Assembly (NCBI GenBank): GCA_963675745.2
Contig: CAXXWX010000019.1
Span: 320,001 to 384,000, forward strand
Length of the DNA: 64,000 nt
Reading direction: 5' to 3'
DNA from: Phycisphaerae bacterium
GTDB lineage: Bacteria; Planctomycetota; Phycisphaerae; UBA1845; Fen-1342
Part shown: positions 29,262 to 39,581 of the stretch, piece after piece
How the letters are laid out: each line of letters starts with the position of its first letter
Numbering within the stretch: the first letter of the stretch is position 1
Notes under the pieces: model-generated
The model's database searches: none
Seen by the model: the letters and a program-made list of their open reading frames with translations, nothing else
What the model was told of the DNA's origin: nothing
Made by a program: the position numbers and the translations under genes

Positions 29262-29663
29262 CTAGTGTTCGAGCATCTTCCGCACGGCGGCCAGGAATTT
29301 CGTGATATCGAGCGGCTTTGTCATGTACGCGTCCGGCGTAATCATGGCCGTGTCACCGCTCATCGGGAACAGGGCCTCCGGATCATCCTGTACTGATGAC
29401 ACCATCAGGATTGGGATGTCGGCGGCCGGGCCGCCCGCGTGGGCGCTTTTGAGCGCGTGTACGGTCGTGTAGCCCTCTACCGGGCTTTCCATCATTATGT
29501 CGAGGACGATCAGATCGGGCGGGTCGGTGCGGACGGCCTCGCGCCCCGCTTTGCCGGTGTTGGCCTCAGTGACCACGTAACCCTCGCCCTCCAGCAGGGC
29601 GCGCGTCGAGGCGCGGTAGTCATCGTCGTCGTCAATGATCAGGATCTTGGCGGTGCTCGCCAT
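29262..29663 (-). CDS. Single-domain response regulator
   Basis: IIDDDD, LDIMM, SS and KP; AGGAG RBS. Confidence 0.9.
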   Translation of the reverse strand: MASTAKILIIDDDDDYRASTRALLEGEGYVVTEANTGKAGREAVRTDPPDLIVLDIMMESPVEGYTTVHALKSAHAGGPAADIPILMVSSVQDDPEALFPMSGDTAMITPDAYMTKPLDITKFLAAVRKMLEH

Positions 29664-29766
29664 CGGGGCTCCTCCAGGTCAGGTTGACACACAAGTCCGA
29701 ACGCGGCGCCACCCGCGTGCAGCCATTCTACGCCGCAGGGCCCACACTCGGGCACCACGACGCGCT

Positions 29767-30168
29767 TCATCGCCCCAGCAGGCGGCGGACCGTCGCCAGA
29801 AACTTGGGGAGGTCGAGCGGCTTGGCCATGTACTCATCCGGCGTAATCGCGCGCGTGTCGGCCACCCAGCCGTACAGGGCTTCCGGGTCCTGCTCGATGG
29901 ATGACGCCATGATGACAGGGACATCGCGCACGTGCGCATACTCCGGCGAGCAGCGCAGTGCCTGGATGATGGAGTATCCTTCGCTGAGGTAGCTCATCAC
30001 GACGTCGAGCACGATCAGGTCCGGCTTGTGGGCGCGGGCGAGCGCCAGGCCCGCGGGGCCCGAGTCGGCTTCGAGAACCTCGTAGCCCTCGCCTTCGAGC
30101 AGGGCGCGCAACGAGGCGCGATAGTCGTCGTCGTCGTCCATAATCAGGACGCTCGTCGCTTTGGCCAT
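29767..30168 (-). CDS. Single-domain response regulator (paralog of 29262-29663)
   Basis: IMDDDD, LDVVM and KP. Start moved to ATG 30168. Confidence 0.9.
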   Translation of the reverse strand: MAKATSVLIMDDDDDYRASLRALLEGEGYEVLEADSGPAGLALARAHKPDLIVLDVVMSYLSEGYSIIQALRCSPEYAHVRDVPVIMASSIEQDPEALYGWVADTRAITPDEYMAKPLDLPKFLATVRRLLGR

Positions 30169-30619
30169 CGGAAACGGCTCCGCGATCAAGACTCCGCCCG
30201 TTCCCTGCCCAAGTCCCCAACGCCGCGTGCTAATTTCGAACTGATATGCGCAAACCAGCACATTTCACGCGCCGGCGTGGGACCGCGGGCGGGTCGCCGC
30301 GACGCGCGAACTGAACCCGCCGGCGCGTAGTATACCACGACGCTATTTGCTCGCGAGCGGCAAAACGCATCATGGCGGAGAACGCATCGCGGCTTCCGGG
30401 CGTTAGGGCGGCGGCCGCGGCGGACAACTCGAGGTCGGACCATGGCGGTGGTATCCGCGGGCCGGAGTCTTGGTGTCCCTCGGTCATTGCACCGTTTAAT
30501 CGGCGAAGGGAACATGGTGTTGTGATCGTCCCCCGAAATGTGAGCACCATCAGTCAGTTCGGTGCTCGCGACAATGACGAAACGGACGTGGCGAAATCGA
30601 AGGTGGAGGGTGCGACGAA

Positions 30620-31192
30620 GTGAGCATCATCGCGGTAAGCCGGATTCAGATCTTTGAGCCGAAGGCGGAGTGGTTCCACCGCGGGCCGGGTGGGATACAT
30701 GGCCTGGCGCACGAAGCCCGGGTACTCATCTGGACCCAGGTGCTATCCGCGCTGGCACACGATGAGGGGCTCCGCGTCGATCCAGACGTCCTGGGCTGGG
30801 CGGCCGCTATCCACGATACACAACGGTGGAATGAGGGTGTCGACTCGGAGCACGGCGCGCGGGCCGCCGCCTGGATCCGGAGTCACTCTGACGTGCTTCC
30901 GCCATCGGTTCCGCTGGATCGCGTCGCCTGTCTTTGCCGCTGGCACGTCCCGCCCGATGAAAGCGCTCCCTCGGTGACGGATGAGCTACGGGTGTTTAAG
31001 GACGCCGACGCGCTTGACCGTTGGCGCATCGGCGATCTTGACCCGTCTTATCTGCGCATCGCGTCCACAAAGCGACTGCTCGACGCAAGCCACTTGCTCT
31101 GGCGCGCAACCAGCGATCTCGATGACAGCCCGCAGGTCTTCTCGGAGATTGTGAGGGCTGGTATGAGGATTGGCGTTGTGCGCAACGGATAA
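30620..31192 (+). CDS. HD-domain phosphohydrolase family protein
   Basis: HGLAH..RV, AAAIHD, HG, WH and FKDADALDR; GGAGG RBS before GTG. Confidence 0.75.
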   Translation: MSIIAVSRIQIFEPKAEWFHRGPGGIHGLAHEARVLIWTQVLSALAHDEGLRVDPDVLGWAAAIHDTQRWNEGVDSEHGARAAAWIRSHSDVLPPSVPLDRVACLCRWHVPPDESAPSVTDELRVFKDADALDRWRIGDLDPSYLRIASTKRLLDASHLLWRATSDLDDSPQVFSEIVRAGMRIGVVRNG

Positions 31193-31426
31193 GCGCGTCG
31201 CCGCACAGGGGTAATCCAATCGAGTAACCGGCTGACCGTCAGTGTAGAACCGGCGATGACCAGCCGGCTTACACCTGTATGCCCGCATCTGCGCCCATCA
31301 GTTCAAGCCGGCCGTTCTCACGCGCAAGGCCGGTTTTGGAAGGCGGGCCTGGTTTCGTTAGAATGGGGGCACTGGGGACGCAGGACAGGGGGTTTCCGCC
31401 TGTGCAAGGGCGGACAGGCGAGGTAA

Positions 31427-33106
31427 ATGGGCATGAGCATCCGCTGCAAAGCAGTCTTGACGACCGTCGCGCGCCGCAACGTCACCGCCCTTACCGCCGT
31501 CACGCTCTCGTGCCTGTTCCCGCCGCAGGTGCTCTGTTGGGACGTACAACGTGAAACGGTGGCCTTCTCCATCGATTACACAACCACCTGGGGCCAGAGC
31601 GTCTACGTTCTAGGTGATATTCCCGAACTGGGGGGCGACAACCCGGCTTATGCCGTGAAGCTCGAGCCTGGCAGCTACCCGCTCTGGCAGGCCTGCGTGG
31701 CGATCCCCAAGAGCACGAGCTTCAACTTTCAGTACACCTGGCGATATGACGATGTGCCGCAATGGTCCGACCCGGCCAATCACAACCCGATCGGAACTCC
31801 GACCAGCAGCTCGACCGGATCGGGGGATGCCCGTCCGACGCGCAAAGGTCTTTACTACCACAGCACCTGGAGTGCGCCGGTCATCCACTGGCGCATCGAC
31901 GGCGGGGCCTACACCGCCACAGACATGGGAGCCTTTGGACCGGGTCGTACGGCGGGCGAGACGCGCTGGCGCGCTCTGGGACTGGGGCAGGCTGAAAGAC
32001 GGATCGAGTTCTACTTCACCGACGGCGGCACGGGCCGGGACCCGGTTTCCGGCACCTATATAACGTTGCTGGACGCGCTCTTTGTGCAGGACGGGAACAT
32101 CTTCGATTATGCTCCCCCGGCGGCCATCAGCCAGCCGCAGCAGATTAACGTGTTTGGTTTCTACTCGACCGCGCTCGGCGAGAATCGCAACTACCGAGTG
32201 CTTCTGCCCCGCGCGTACGCCGAGAATAGTGACAAAACCTACCCGGTTCTCTACATGCACGATGGGCAGAACTGCTTTGACTACGGGGCCTACGGTACCT
32301 GGAATGCTGACGAGACGGCTGAGGAAATGACGCGCCGCGGTGAGATGCGCGAAGTCATCATCGTGGCCGCCGACCACGGGACCAACCGCTTCGGTGATTA
32401 CACGCCGCCCGGCGATTCCGTGTTGGGCACGCCCGGCCGTGGCGATGACTACGCCGACTTTCTGATCAACGAGCTCAAGCCCATCATCGACGCGACGTAT
32501 CGTACGCGTGCCGGTCGGACGAATACGGCCACACTCGGCTCGAGCCTGGGTGGCAACATCTCGATTTATCTCGGCTGGACCCACGGCGCCACGTTCGGCA
32601 AGATCGGGCCCATGTCCAGCGCGCTGTGGACTATCCCCAACTACCTGAGCTGGCTGGATGGCGCTCCCAAGGCCGACCTGCGGATTTACCTCGACAGCGG
32701 CGACACCGGCTCGTCATACGACGGCGCGTGGGACACCATGAACCTCCGTGACGAGTTCCTGACCAAGGGGTACGTACTGGAGGGCGATCTGCGGCACGTG
32801 GTTGGCTACGGCCACGAGCACAACGAGGTTGCCTGGGCCGCTCGACTGCCGGAGGCCTACGAGTTTCTCTTCCCGGTGACTGAGGCGGATAATCCGCTAC
32901 TCGACGAGATGTTCATAGGCGACGTTGACGGCGACGGCGACATGGATCCCGACGATTTCACCTTACTCCATCCGTGCCTGGCCGGCCCCGGCCAGCCTCC
33001 AGCCGCCGGTTGCCCGCTCGGAGCGGCTGCCGACCTCGACGGTGACAGTGACGCCGATCTGGAGGATATCGCCGTGTTCGGCACACACTTCTCCGGTGCC
33101 AGGTAG
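31427..33106 (+). CDS. Secreted CBM20 + alpha/beta-hydrolase (esterase) + dockerin-like protein
   Basis: CBM20-like TTWGQSVYVLGDIPELG. Esterase motifs YPVLYMHDGQN, GSSLGG, YLDSG and HEHNE..W..R. C-terminal GDVDGDGD/DLDGDSD calcium-loop pair. Confidence 0.85.
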   Translation: MGMSIRCKAVLTTVARRNVTALTAVTLSCLFPPQVLCWDVQRETVAFSIDYTTTWGQSVYVLGDIPELGGDNPAYAVKLEPGSYPLWQACVAIPKSTSFNFQYTWRYDDVPQWSDPANHNPIGTPTSSSTGSGDARPTRKGLYYHSTWSAPVIHWRIDGGAYTATDMGAFGPGRTAGETRWRALGLGQAERRIEFYFTDGGTGRDPVSGTYITLLDALFVQDGNIFDYAPPAAISQPQQINVFGFYSTALGENRNYRVLLPRAYAENSDKTYPVLYMHDGQNCFDYGAYGTWNADETAEEMTRRGEMREVIIVAADHGTNRFGDYTPPGDSVLGTPGRGDDYADFLINELKPIIDATYRTRAGRTNTATLGSSLGGNISIYLGWTHGATFGKIGPMSSALWTIPNYLSWLDGAPKADLRIYLDSGDTGSSYDGAWDTMNLRDEFLTKGYVLEGDLRHVVGYGHEHNEVAWAARLPEAYEFLFPVTEADNPLLDEMFIGDVDGDGDMDPDDFTLLHPCLAGPGQPPAAGCPLGAAADLDGDSDADLEDIAVFGTHFSGAR

Positions 33107-33282
33107 TTCACACTGAGTAGTCCGTCCACAGCATGACAACCGGTTTGTCCGGGCGTTGCGCCCGTCAGCCGGTGATCGGCGAGTTTCTCATCACCGACCG
33201 GGCCCAAGACTCTGGGCACATTCGCAAGAACGGTCAAGCAGCGGTTGGCTGGTGGGGTAGACTGCCGGCTGAGGAACGCCTG

Positions 33283-34185
33283 ATGCGACCGGAGACGTAC
33301 AAAACCTATCAACAGCGGATGTTGCGGGTGCTGGTGCACATTCAGCAGCATTTGGATGAGACGCTCTGCCTTGATGATCTGGCCCGTGTGGCTCACTTCT
33401 CGCCCTATCATTTCCACCGCATCTTCCGCGGCATGGTAGGTGAGTCCGTGATGGAGCACATCCGCCGCCTGCGCTTGGAGCGTGCCGCCCTGCGGCTCAA
33501 GTGCAGCGACGAGCCGGTGACGCGGATCGCCTTCGAAGCCGGGTATGAGACGCACGAGGCCTTTACGCGCGCATTCCGGGCCATGTTCGAGATGCCCCCC
33601 TCGCGATTTCGCGAGAACCACCTGTCTACGCCAATACCCCAGGCGCGTTCGGGTGTGCATTTTGTGCCCGACGGGCAACTGGGAGAATTTGATCCCTTGT
33701 GTTCAGGAGATACGCCGATGGAAGTGAAGATCGAGAACGTCGAGCCGATGCGTGTGGCGTTCATGCGTCATGTGGGACCGTATCAGGAGGTGGGGGGTAC
33801 GTGGGGGCAACTCGCGGCCTGGGCCGGGCCGCGCGGGCTGCTGGGACCGCACACGCGTTGCCTGGGTATCTGCTATGACGACCCCGAGGTTACGCCCGCG
33901 GACAAGATCCGCTATGACGCTTGCCTGGTGGTCGACGACAGCTTCCAACCCGAAGGCGATGTTGGGGTGCAGGAGGTGGCCGGTGGGGAATATGCGGTGA
34001 CTACGCACCACGGACCCTACGAGAAACTGACGGAGACATACGCGCGTTTGTGCGGCGAGTGGCTGCCCAGTCAGGGGCGCGAGCCGCGCTCCGCACCGAC
34101 ACTCGAGTTCTATCTGAACAATCCACAACAAACCGCCCCGGAGGACCTGCTCACCGAAGTGCGCGTGCCCTTGCGGCCGCGATGA
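33283..34185 (+). CDS. AraC-family regulator with C-terminal GyrI-like effector domain
   Basis: LARVAHFSPYHFHRIF and IAFEAGYETHEAFTRAF; GyrI-like DDPEVT...RYDAC, HHGPY and EFYLN. Start ATG 33283. Confidence 0.93.
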   Translation: MRPETYKTYQQRMLRVLVHIQQHLDETLCLDDLARVAHFSPYHFHRIFRGMVGESVMEHIRRLRLERAALRLKCSDEPVTRIAFEAGYETHEAFTRAFRAMFEMPPSRFRENHLSTPIPQARSGVHFVPDGQLGEFDPLCSGDTPMEVKIENVEPMRVAFMRHVGPYQEVGGTWGQLAAWAGPRGLLGPHTRCLGICYDDPEVTPADKIRYDACLVVDDSFQPEGDVGVQEVAGGEYAVTTHHGPYEKLTETYARLCGEWLPSQGREPRSAPTLEFYLNNPQQTAPEDLLTEVRVPLRPR

Positions 34186-34221
34186 CCCGCGATGCCGGCC
34201 GGACGGCGGTTGTCGACGGCA

Positions 34222-37200
34222 TCAGCGCGGTGGGGCGGACATGGTCCCATCCTGCAAGCGATACACCGTCAGCGACGCATCGTGCTGCCTGAATCGCTCA
34301 ACGGTTTCGGGGTGACACGTGAAGAACAGAACCTGGTGCTCGTCGGCCAATTCGAGAATCGCCGCGGCGGCCTTCGATGCCCGCTGGGGGTCGAAGTTCA
34401 CCAGGATGTCGTCCATCACGACGGGCAAACGCTCATGGTCCGCGCCCCTCAAGCGTATGTAGCCGAATCGCAGCGCGAGATAGAGTTGTTCGGCGGTTCC
34501 GCGGCTCAGCTCGTCAGGCTTCCGGCGCTCGCCCCCGTTGGTGACGACCTCGATAGTGTCGGCACCAACGGGGGCGATGATCTTCGCATATCGATCATGC
34601 GTCATCGCCGTGAAAAAGCCGGCGGCATCGCGGACAACCTTGGGCTGCTGCTCCTCCTCGAATTTCTTGCGGGCTTGCAGCAACAGCCACCTGGCGACGG
34701 CGAGGCGTGACCATTGGAGCGCCAGCGTGCGGATCTCGGCCAGCACGCGTTCTTGCCGCGCGCGCAGTCGTGCCACGTCGTCGGCGGTCTTCATGCTCTC
34801 GATCTTGTTCGTCAGTTCCGCCTTCGCGTCACGCAACTGCGTCAATTGATCGTCGGTCTCGGCAATGCCGAGGTCTACTTCCTGCCGTCGCACCTCGAGT
34901 TGCTCGCGTGAAGTGGCAGCAAGCTTCGCTTTCAGAGTGTCCAGGTCGATCTCGCCGGCGATCTTGCGCATGGTCGATGCGGCCTGCTCAATCGAGGCCT
35001 GGAGCGCGCTGCGGCGTGCAAACCACCGGCCACGCTCACGAAAGCTGTCTTCATCGGCGGCGCCGCCCTTTTCCAGAAGCGACGCAATACGCTGTGACGC
35101 TTCATCAACCGGGCTTCTGGCAGCTTCGATTTCTTGCGAGAGGCTCTCCGCCTGCCGCTCCATCTCATGTCGGCGCGTGGTATTGTCCCTGCTGAGCTCC
35201 AGTTCGCGGCCCAGCTCTTCGATGCGTGCCGGTAAGTCCGCCGGCATTGGCACGCGACGTTGGAGAGCTTCCACAACCGCGCGGGCAGTATCCTCGTATG
35301 CGGCGGCTTGTGCCTTCAATTGGGCGATCGTTTCGTCGAGTTGTCGCCGTTCCGTAAGGCGATCGGTGGCCTTCTCGACAAGCTGTAAGGCCTCCAGGGC
35401 CGTCGGTGGTGACAGATCCACCGCCAGCCCGCGCAGCTCCAGATACTCGTGCCAAGCCCCCCATGCTGCGTCCTGCTGCCGTCTGGCGGCTGTGAGCGCT
35501 TCTTCGGCCGTCTGTAACGCCGCCGCCGCCGCGGCGCTGCGCTGCTGGGCGTCAGCCAGCGTGTTCTGCGCCAATTCGCGCTCCTGCAACCGTTCGTGCT
35601 GCCGCCGTGCGTCCTCGAAGAACCGGTCAACGGCACTGGTCAGGTCGCTTGCTGCGCCTTCACAGTGCGGGGCGAGAGCAGAGACCCGCCGGGCGAGGGC
35701 CAGATAGCTGTCGCGGCTCGCGGTCATGCGCTCGATGCGCTCGGCCTTATTGGCCAGCTCGGCGACCTGGTCGCGCAGGGCTTGCACCTTGGTGAACACG
35801 AGCTGGATAGTCTCAACCGCGCTTCCCGGCGCCAATCCCAGTGTCGCCAGGTGCGCTCCCCAGTCGCGCTGGACCGTCTCCAACTCCTCCTCGCGTTGTT
35901 TGAGCGCTTGTTCGGCGGCGTGCAGTTCTTTTTCTCGCCGGCGCAGTTCGTCGGTCTGCTTCCGCAGTTCGCCTTGCAGTTGTTCATGGTGCTTCAGCGC
36001 ATCGTGCTCGCGCTCGAGCGCTTGCTCAGCTTCGCCGATCTCCGCCGGCGCCGGCGTTGCGGATAGCGACAACGTGGAGGCGTGCTCAGTGATCGTCTCG
36101 TCGCACTTGGCGACAGCCCCGTGCAGTTTCTCCAGCTCCGCTGTGAGCGCGGCGATGTCGCGTTCAATCTCGGCGGCTGCCGCGGCGTTTGCGCTGCGCG
36201 TGTCGGCCGACTGGGCCCGAGTGACACGGGACCAGACGAAGGCGAGGGTGGCAGACACCGCCAATACGATGGCGGCCAGCGGTAGCTGTTCAGTGGCCCA
36301 GCCCACCGCCAGCACCGCGACGCCGCCGCAGAGGCCGATGAGCATCAGCCACCACGGAAAGCCCTGTGTTGATTCAGCGCGTGTCGTCCAACGCTCCAAT
36401 TCAGCGCGTTTATCGTCGAGACGTGATTGCGCGTTGCGCGCTTCGGACGCGTAGTGCGCGCGCTGCTGGGATGCTGCCTTCAGCGCGATCAGCGCGGCCC
36501 TGCGCTGTGCGATCGCTTCCCGTCCAGCGCTCTCGGGCAGAATCTCATAGTCACTGGTGAGCGCGGCGAGCTGAGCGCGGCTCTCCCGCAGCAGCTCGTC
36601 CTTGGTTGTGCGGTGCAGGTCCGCGCGTTCCCAGGCCTGGCGCGCTGTTTCGAACCGGTGCGCGAACTCCTGGATTCTGCGCTGGGCCGCGAGCGATACG
36701 TCGAAGCGGCTGACATTGTCGAGCGACCAACGCGCATCGATCTCGCGGATGCCCTCATCGACACGCTTCCGCGCACTTTTCAGATCGGCCTCGACGCGCG
36801 GCAGATCGTGCACCGCCTCGCGGAATAGCGCCCGGCCGTTTTGCAGGTCGCGCACCAGCGTTTCGTCGACGGGTACGATATCGGCGTACGTCTCGACTTC
36901 CTCGTGGGCTGCCCGTTCATCCGCGACGGCGATCTTGTGGGTCTCGCGGCGGCTCGCACAATCCTGCTCAGTGCGGGCCACTTCCGCTCTCGCGAGATCA
37001 AGGGCCTGCTCGTGTTCCCTGATGGCTTCCCGGGCAACGACGGAGCAATCGGTTTGCGGGATTTTACTCTCGGTCCAACCCGGCCCCAGCCGGCGCAGAA
37101 TATCCCCGACCTCGCCATCGACGCTGTCGCGCTTTTGCCGCAGCAGTGGCAGGTTGTCACGCGCCGCGATGTATTGGGCGCGGCGCTCCGTCAGACCGGA

Positions 37201-38166
37201 GATGGCCTCGCCCTGCGCGATGATCCGGGCATCAATCTCAAGATCGTCGGCGTCACGGAGCACCGCGGCGCGCTTGCTTTCCGAATCCTGCAAGTGCTCC
37301 CGGCGCGCCTGTAATCCCTCCAGGGCCGTCTCAAGCAGCGCCAATCCATCTTCCGGGAACGACTCGACGACCATCGGCAGGTTCGTGAGTTCGGCGGTGC
37401 ACTCCTGGAAGTTAATCCAGTCCGGCCACAGTTGCAGGTAAGCGGCTACCATCGTTGCTTCGCTGCGCAACCCGCTCAGCCTGGCGCGGACTTCGTCGAT
37501 CAGCGCCTGCGTCTGATTCAGTTGCGTGCAGGCCTCGTCGTATTGCCCGAGGCCCTTGAACGCGTCGCGCAGGCTCTCGGTGATCGAGTCCAGCTCGGCA
37601 AGCCGCCGATTGATCTGTTGCTTCTGGCCGCGCGGCCTGAACGCGTCATCGAGCCGATCGTCGAGTCTCTTCAGCGCCTGCGGGAGCGCGAGCATGGCCG
37701 TGCCGGCGGTTGCGCCGTAGATCGCCCCCCTGACTCCCTCCGCTTGCAGCGAATCAATAGTGTGCAATTCGGCCAGGCTGAACGCGTACACGTTGCGGTA
37801 GAGCGGGGCGGTCGTGCCGCCCAACAGGTTAATGAGCATCTCTTCTTCATGGCTGACGTCCTCTCCGTCGGTGATGGTAACCTCGCCGCCACCGCGGGTG
37901 CCCCTGCGCGCAATCGAGTACCGCCCGCCGTTGTCGGTTACGATGTCGAGTTGCCCACCGTGCGCCGCGCCGTCCGCCAACAGGTAGCGCGGATCTTTCG
38001 ACCTGCCGTCCGGGAAGCCGAAGAGCATGCCGCGCAAGAACCACAACAGCGTGCTCTTGCCGGCTTCGTTGTCACCCTGGATCAGCACCAGGCCGGGCGG
38101 CAGCTTCGTCAGCGCGAGATCGCGGAATACGCCGAAGCTGTCGATTTGCAGGGCCGCGATTCTCAT
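34222..38166 (-). CDS. yhaN: YhaN-like SMC/Rad50-type ATPase with long coiled coil and central TM hairpin
   Basis: Walker A GDNEAGKST, signature LSRGTAEQLYLALR, Walker B VMDDILVNFD and FTCH; 4-nt overlap with the upstream nuclease gene. Confidence 0.88.
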   Translation of the reverse strand: MRIAALQIDSFGVFRDLALTKLPPGLVLIQGDNEAGKSTLLWFLRGMLFGFPDGRSKDPRYLLADGAAHGGQLDIVTDNGGRYSIARRGTRGGGEVTITDGEDVSHEEEMLINLLGGTTAPLYRNVYAFSLAELHTIDSLQAEGVRGAIYGATAGTAMLALPQALKRLDDRLDDAFRPRGQKQQINRRLAELDSITESLRDAFKGLGQYDEACTQLNQTQALIDEVRARLSGLRSEATMVAAYLQLWPDWINFQECTAELTNLPMVVESFPEDGLALLETALEGLQARREHLQDSESKRAAVLRDADDLEIDARIIAQGEAISGLTERRAQYIAARDNLPLLRQKRDSVDGEVGDILRRLGPGWTESKIPQTDCSVVAREAIREHEQALDLARAEVARTEQDCASRRETHKIAVADERAAHEEVETYADIVPVDETLVRDLQNGRALFREAVHDLPRVEADLKSARKRVDEGIREIDARWSLDNVSRFDVSLAAQRRIQEFAHRFETARQAWERADLHRTTKDELLRESRAQLAALTSDYEILPESAGREAIAQRRAALIALKAASQQRAHYASEARNAQSRLDDKRAELERWTTRAESTQGFPWWLMLIGLCGGVAVLAVGWATEQLPLAAIVLAVSATLAFVWSRVTRAQSADTRSANAAAAAEIERDIAALTAELEKLHGAVAKCDETITEHASTLSLSATPAPAEIGEAEQALEREHDALKHHEQLQGELRKQTDELRRREKELHAAEQALKQREEELETVQRDWGAHLATLGLAPGSAVETIQLVFTKVQALRDQVAELANKAERIERMTASRDSYLALARRVSALAPHCEGAASDLTSAVDRFFEDARRQHERLQERELAQNTLADAQQRSAAAAAALQTAEEALTAARRQQDAAWGAWHEYLELRGLAVDLSPPTALEALQLVEKATDRLTERRQLDETIAQLKAQAAAYEDTARAVVEALQRRVPMPADLPARIEELGRELELSRDNTTRRHEMERQAESLSQEIEAARSPVDEASQRIASLLEKGGAADEDSFRERGRWFARRSALQASIEQAASTMRKIAGEIDLDTLKAKLAATSREQLEVRRQEVDLGIAETDDQLTQLRDAKAELTNKIESMKTADDVARLRARQERVLAEIRTLALQWSRLAVARWLLLQARKKFEEEQQPKVVRDAAGFFTAMTHDRYAKIIAPVGADTIEVVTNGGERRKPDELSRGTAEQLYLALRFGYIRLRGADHERLPVVMDDILVNFDPQRASKAAAAILELADEHQVLFFTCHPETVERFRQHDASLTVYRLQDGTMSAPPR

Positions 38167-39416
38167 TCGTCTTTCGCCAGCATATCAACGCAGAGCAGTT
38201 CGGCGTCACTCAGCAACGCTTGCAGTTCTTCGGTTGTGAAGGGCTCAAGCACCTTTCCCGCCCGTGGATCGTCGAGGAGTTCCGTCAACGTTTGTCGCAG
38301 CGTCTGCGGCAAGTCGGCCGCCTGGCGGGTCTCCTGAGCGATGAGCAGCGCCTGTCCGAGCAGGTCACGCGCGTCGCGCAGCCGCGCGAGGTCCACCGCG
38401 GGCCGCGCCGCCATCTCGAACTCCTGCACCCATACAAAGGGTGTGTCGGCCAGGCCGCTTTCACGCGCGCGGTTGAGCAGTTCCGTCAGTCCATCATCGC
38501 GCACGAGCTCGTGATACAACCCGCCGCGACCGGTCAGAGCGATGCGGCAGACCACGGGGCATCCGCCGCCGCGCTCGCGCAGGCCTTCGACGGCCTCCAT
38601 CAGAGCCCGGTCCAGGCTGTCGATCGTGTCGAGCGCATCAATAGACACGCTGTCCGCCAGCCACTGAACCGCCTGGAGCGGACAGAACTCCAGATCGACA
38701 GCGCCACCATCCTCGACCGTGACCAGGTAACAGCCGCGCTCGCCGGTTTCACGGATGTTGCGGCCCTGCGTGTTGCCGGGGTAAACGATGTGCGGGTTCT
38801 CGTTGAGCACGCCGCGGGTGTGCACGTGGCCGAGAGCCCAATAGTCCAGGCCGATTTGCACGAGGTCGCCCGGCTGGCAGGGAACGTAGTCCTCGTGAGC
38901 CGCGTTGCCTCCGCAGTTGCAGTGGAGCAGCCCAATCTGAAACGGGCCGTGATGCCTGGCCTCAAAGTGCCGAACCAGCTTGCGGTTCTCGCGTCGATTG
39001 CGATAGCTGATCCCGGACACGCTTGCCACCACTCGGCCGTCCTGTTGGACGTCGATGGTCTCGAGCTCATCACCGTTGAAGATGTGTACGCCCGATGGCC
39101 AGTCGATCGCCGACGCCCAGCCGTCCAGTGGGTCGTGGTTGCCATGCACGACGAACGCGCGGATGCCGTGCTCCGCCAGTTTCGCCAAGCCGTCGCGAAA
39201 GCGCAACTGCGCGCGCAGGCTGCGGTCGGCGCCGTCGTAAACGTCGCCGGCGATAACCAGGAAATCAGCCCGCCGTTCGATGCAGAGCGTGATCAGGGCG
39301 TCATATGCGTCAAATGTCGCGGAACGCAGCGTCTCGGCTACGGTCTCCGACTCGGCCGTGATGCCCCGGAAGGGGCTGTCAAGGTGGAGGTCAGCGGCAT
39401 GGACGAACTTGAACAT
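38163..39416 (-). CDS. yhaO: YhaO/SbcD-like metallophosphoesterase DNA exonuclease
   Basis: HAADLHLDSPF, AGDVYD, GNHD, LLH, YWALGHVH and YPGNTQGR. Confidence 0.9.
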   Translation of the reverse strand: MFKFVHAADLHLDSPFRGITAESETVAETLRSATFDAYDALITLCIERRADFLVIAGDVYDGADRSLRAQLRFRDGLAKLAEHGIRAFVVHGNHDPLDGWASAIDWPSGVHIFNGDELETIDVQQDGRVVASVSGISYRNRRENRKLVRHFEARHHGPFQIGLLHCNCGGNAAHEDYVPCQPGDLVQIGLDYWALGHVHTRGVLNENPHIVYPGNTQGRNIRETGERGCYLVTVEDGGAVDLEFCPLQAVQWLADSVSIDALDTIDSLDRALMEAVEGLRERGGGCPVVCRIALTGRGGLYHELVRDDGLTELLNRARESGLADTPFVWVQEFEMAARPAVDLARLRDARDLLGQALLIAQETRQAADLPQTLRQTLTELLDDPRAGKVLEPFTTEELQALLSDAELLCVDMLAKDE

Positions 39417-39581
39417 CGTTTCCTATACAGCCTCCGCCGGCGGTTGTCGTTGCAGCCGCACATGTACGTTACCAATGGCAGCATACCGTCTTCAGGCGCG
39501 GCGCGGTATTCGCCGGCCGACACGGAAGTGTGCGGAAGCCGTCCTGCATCATGTACCCCCTCGATACCGATGTGTGCCTCG

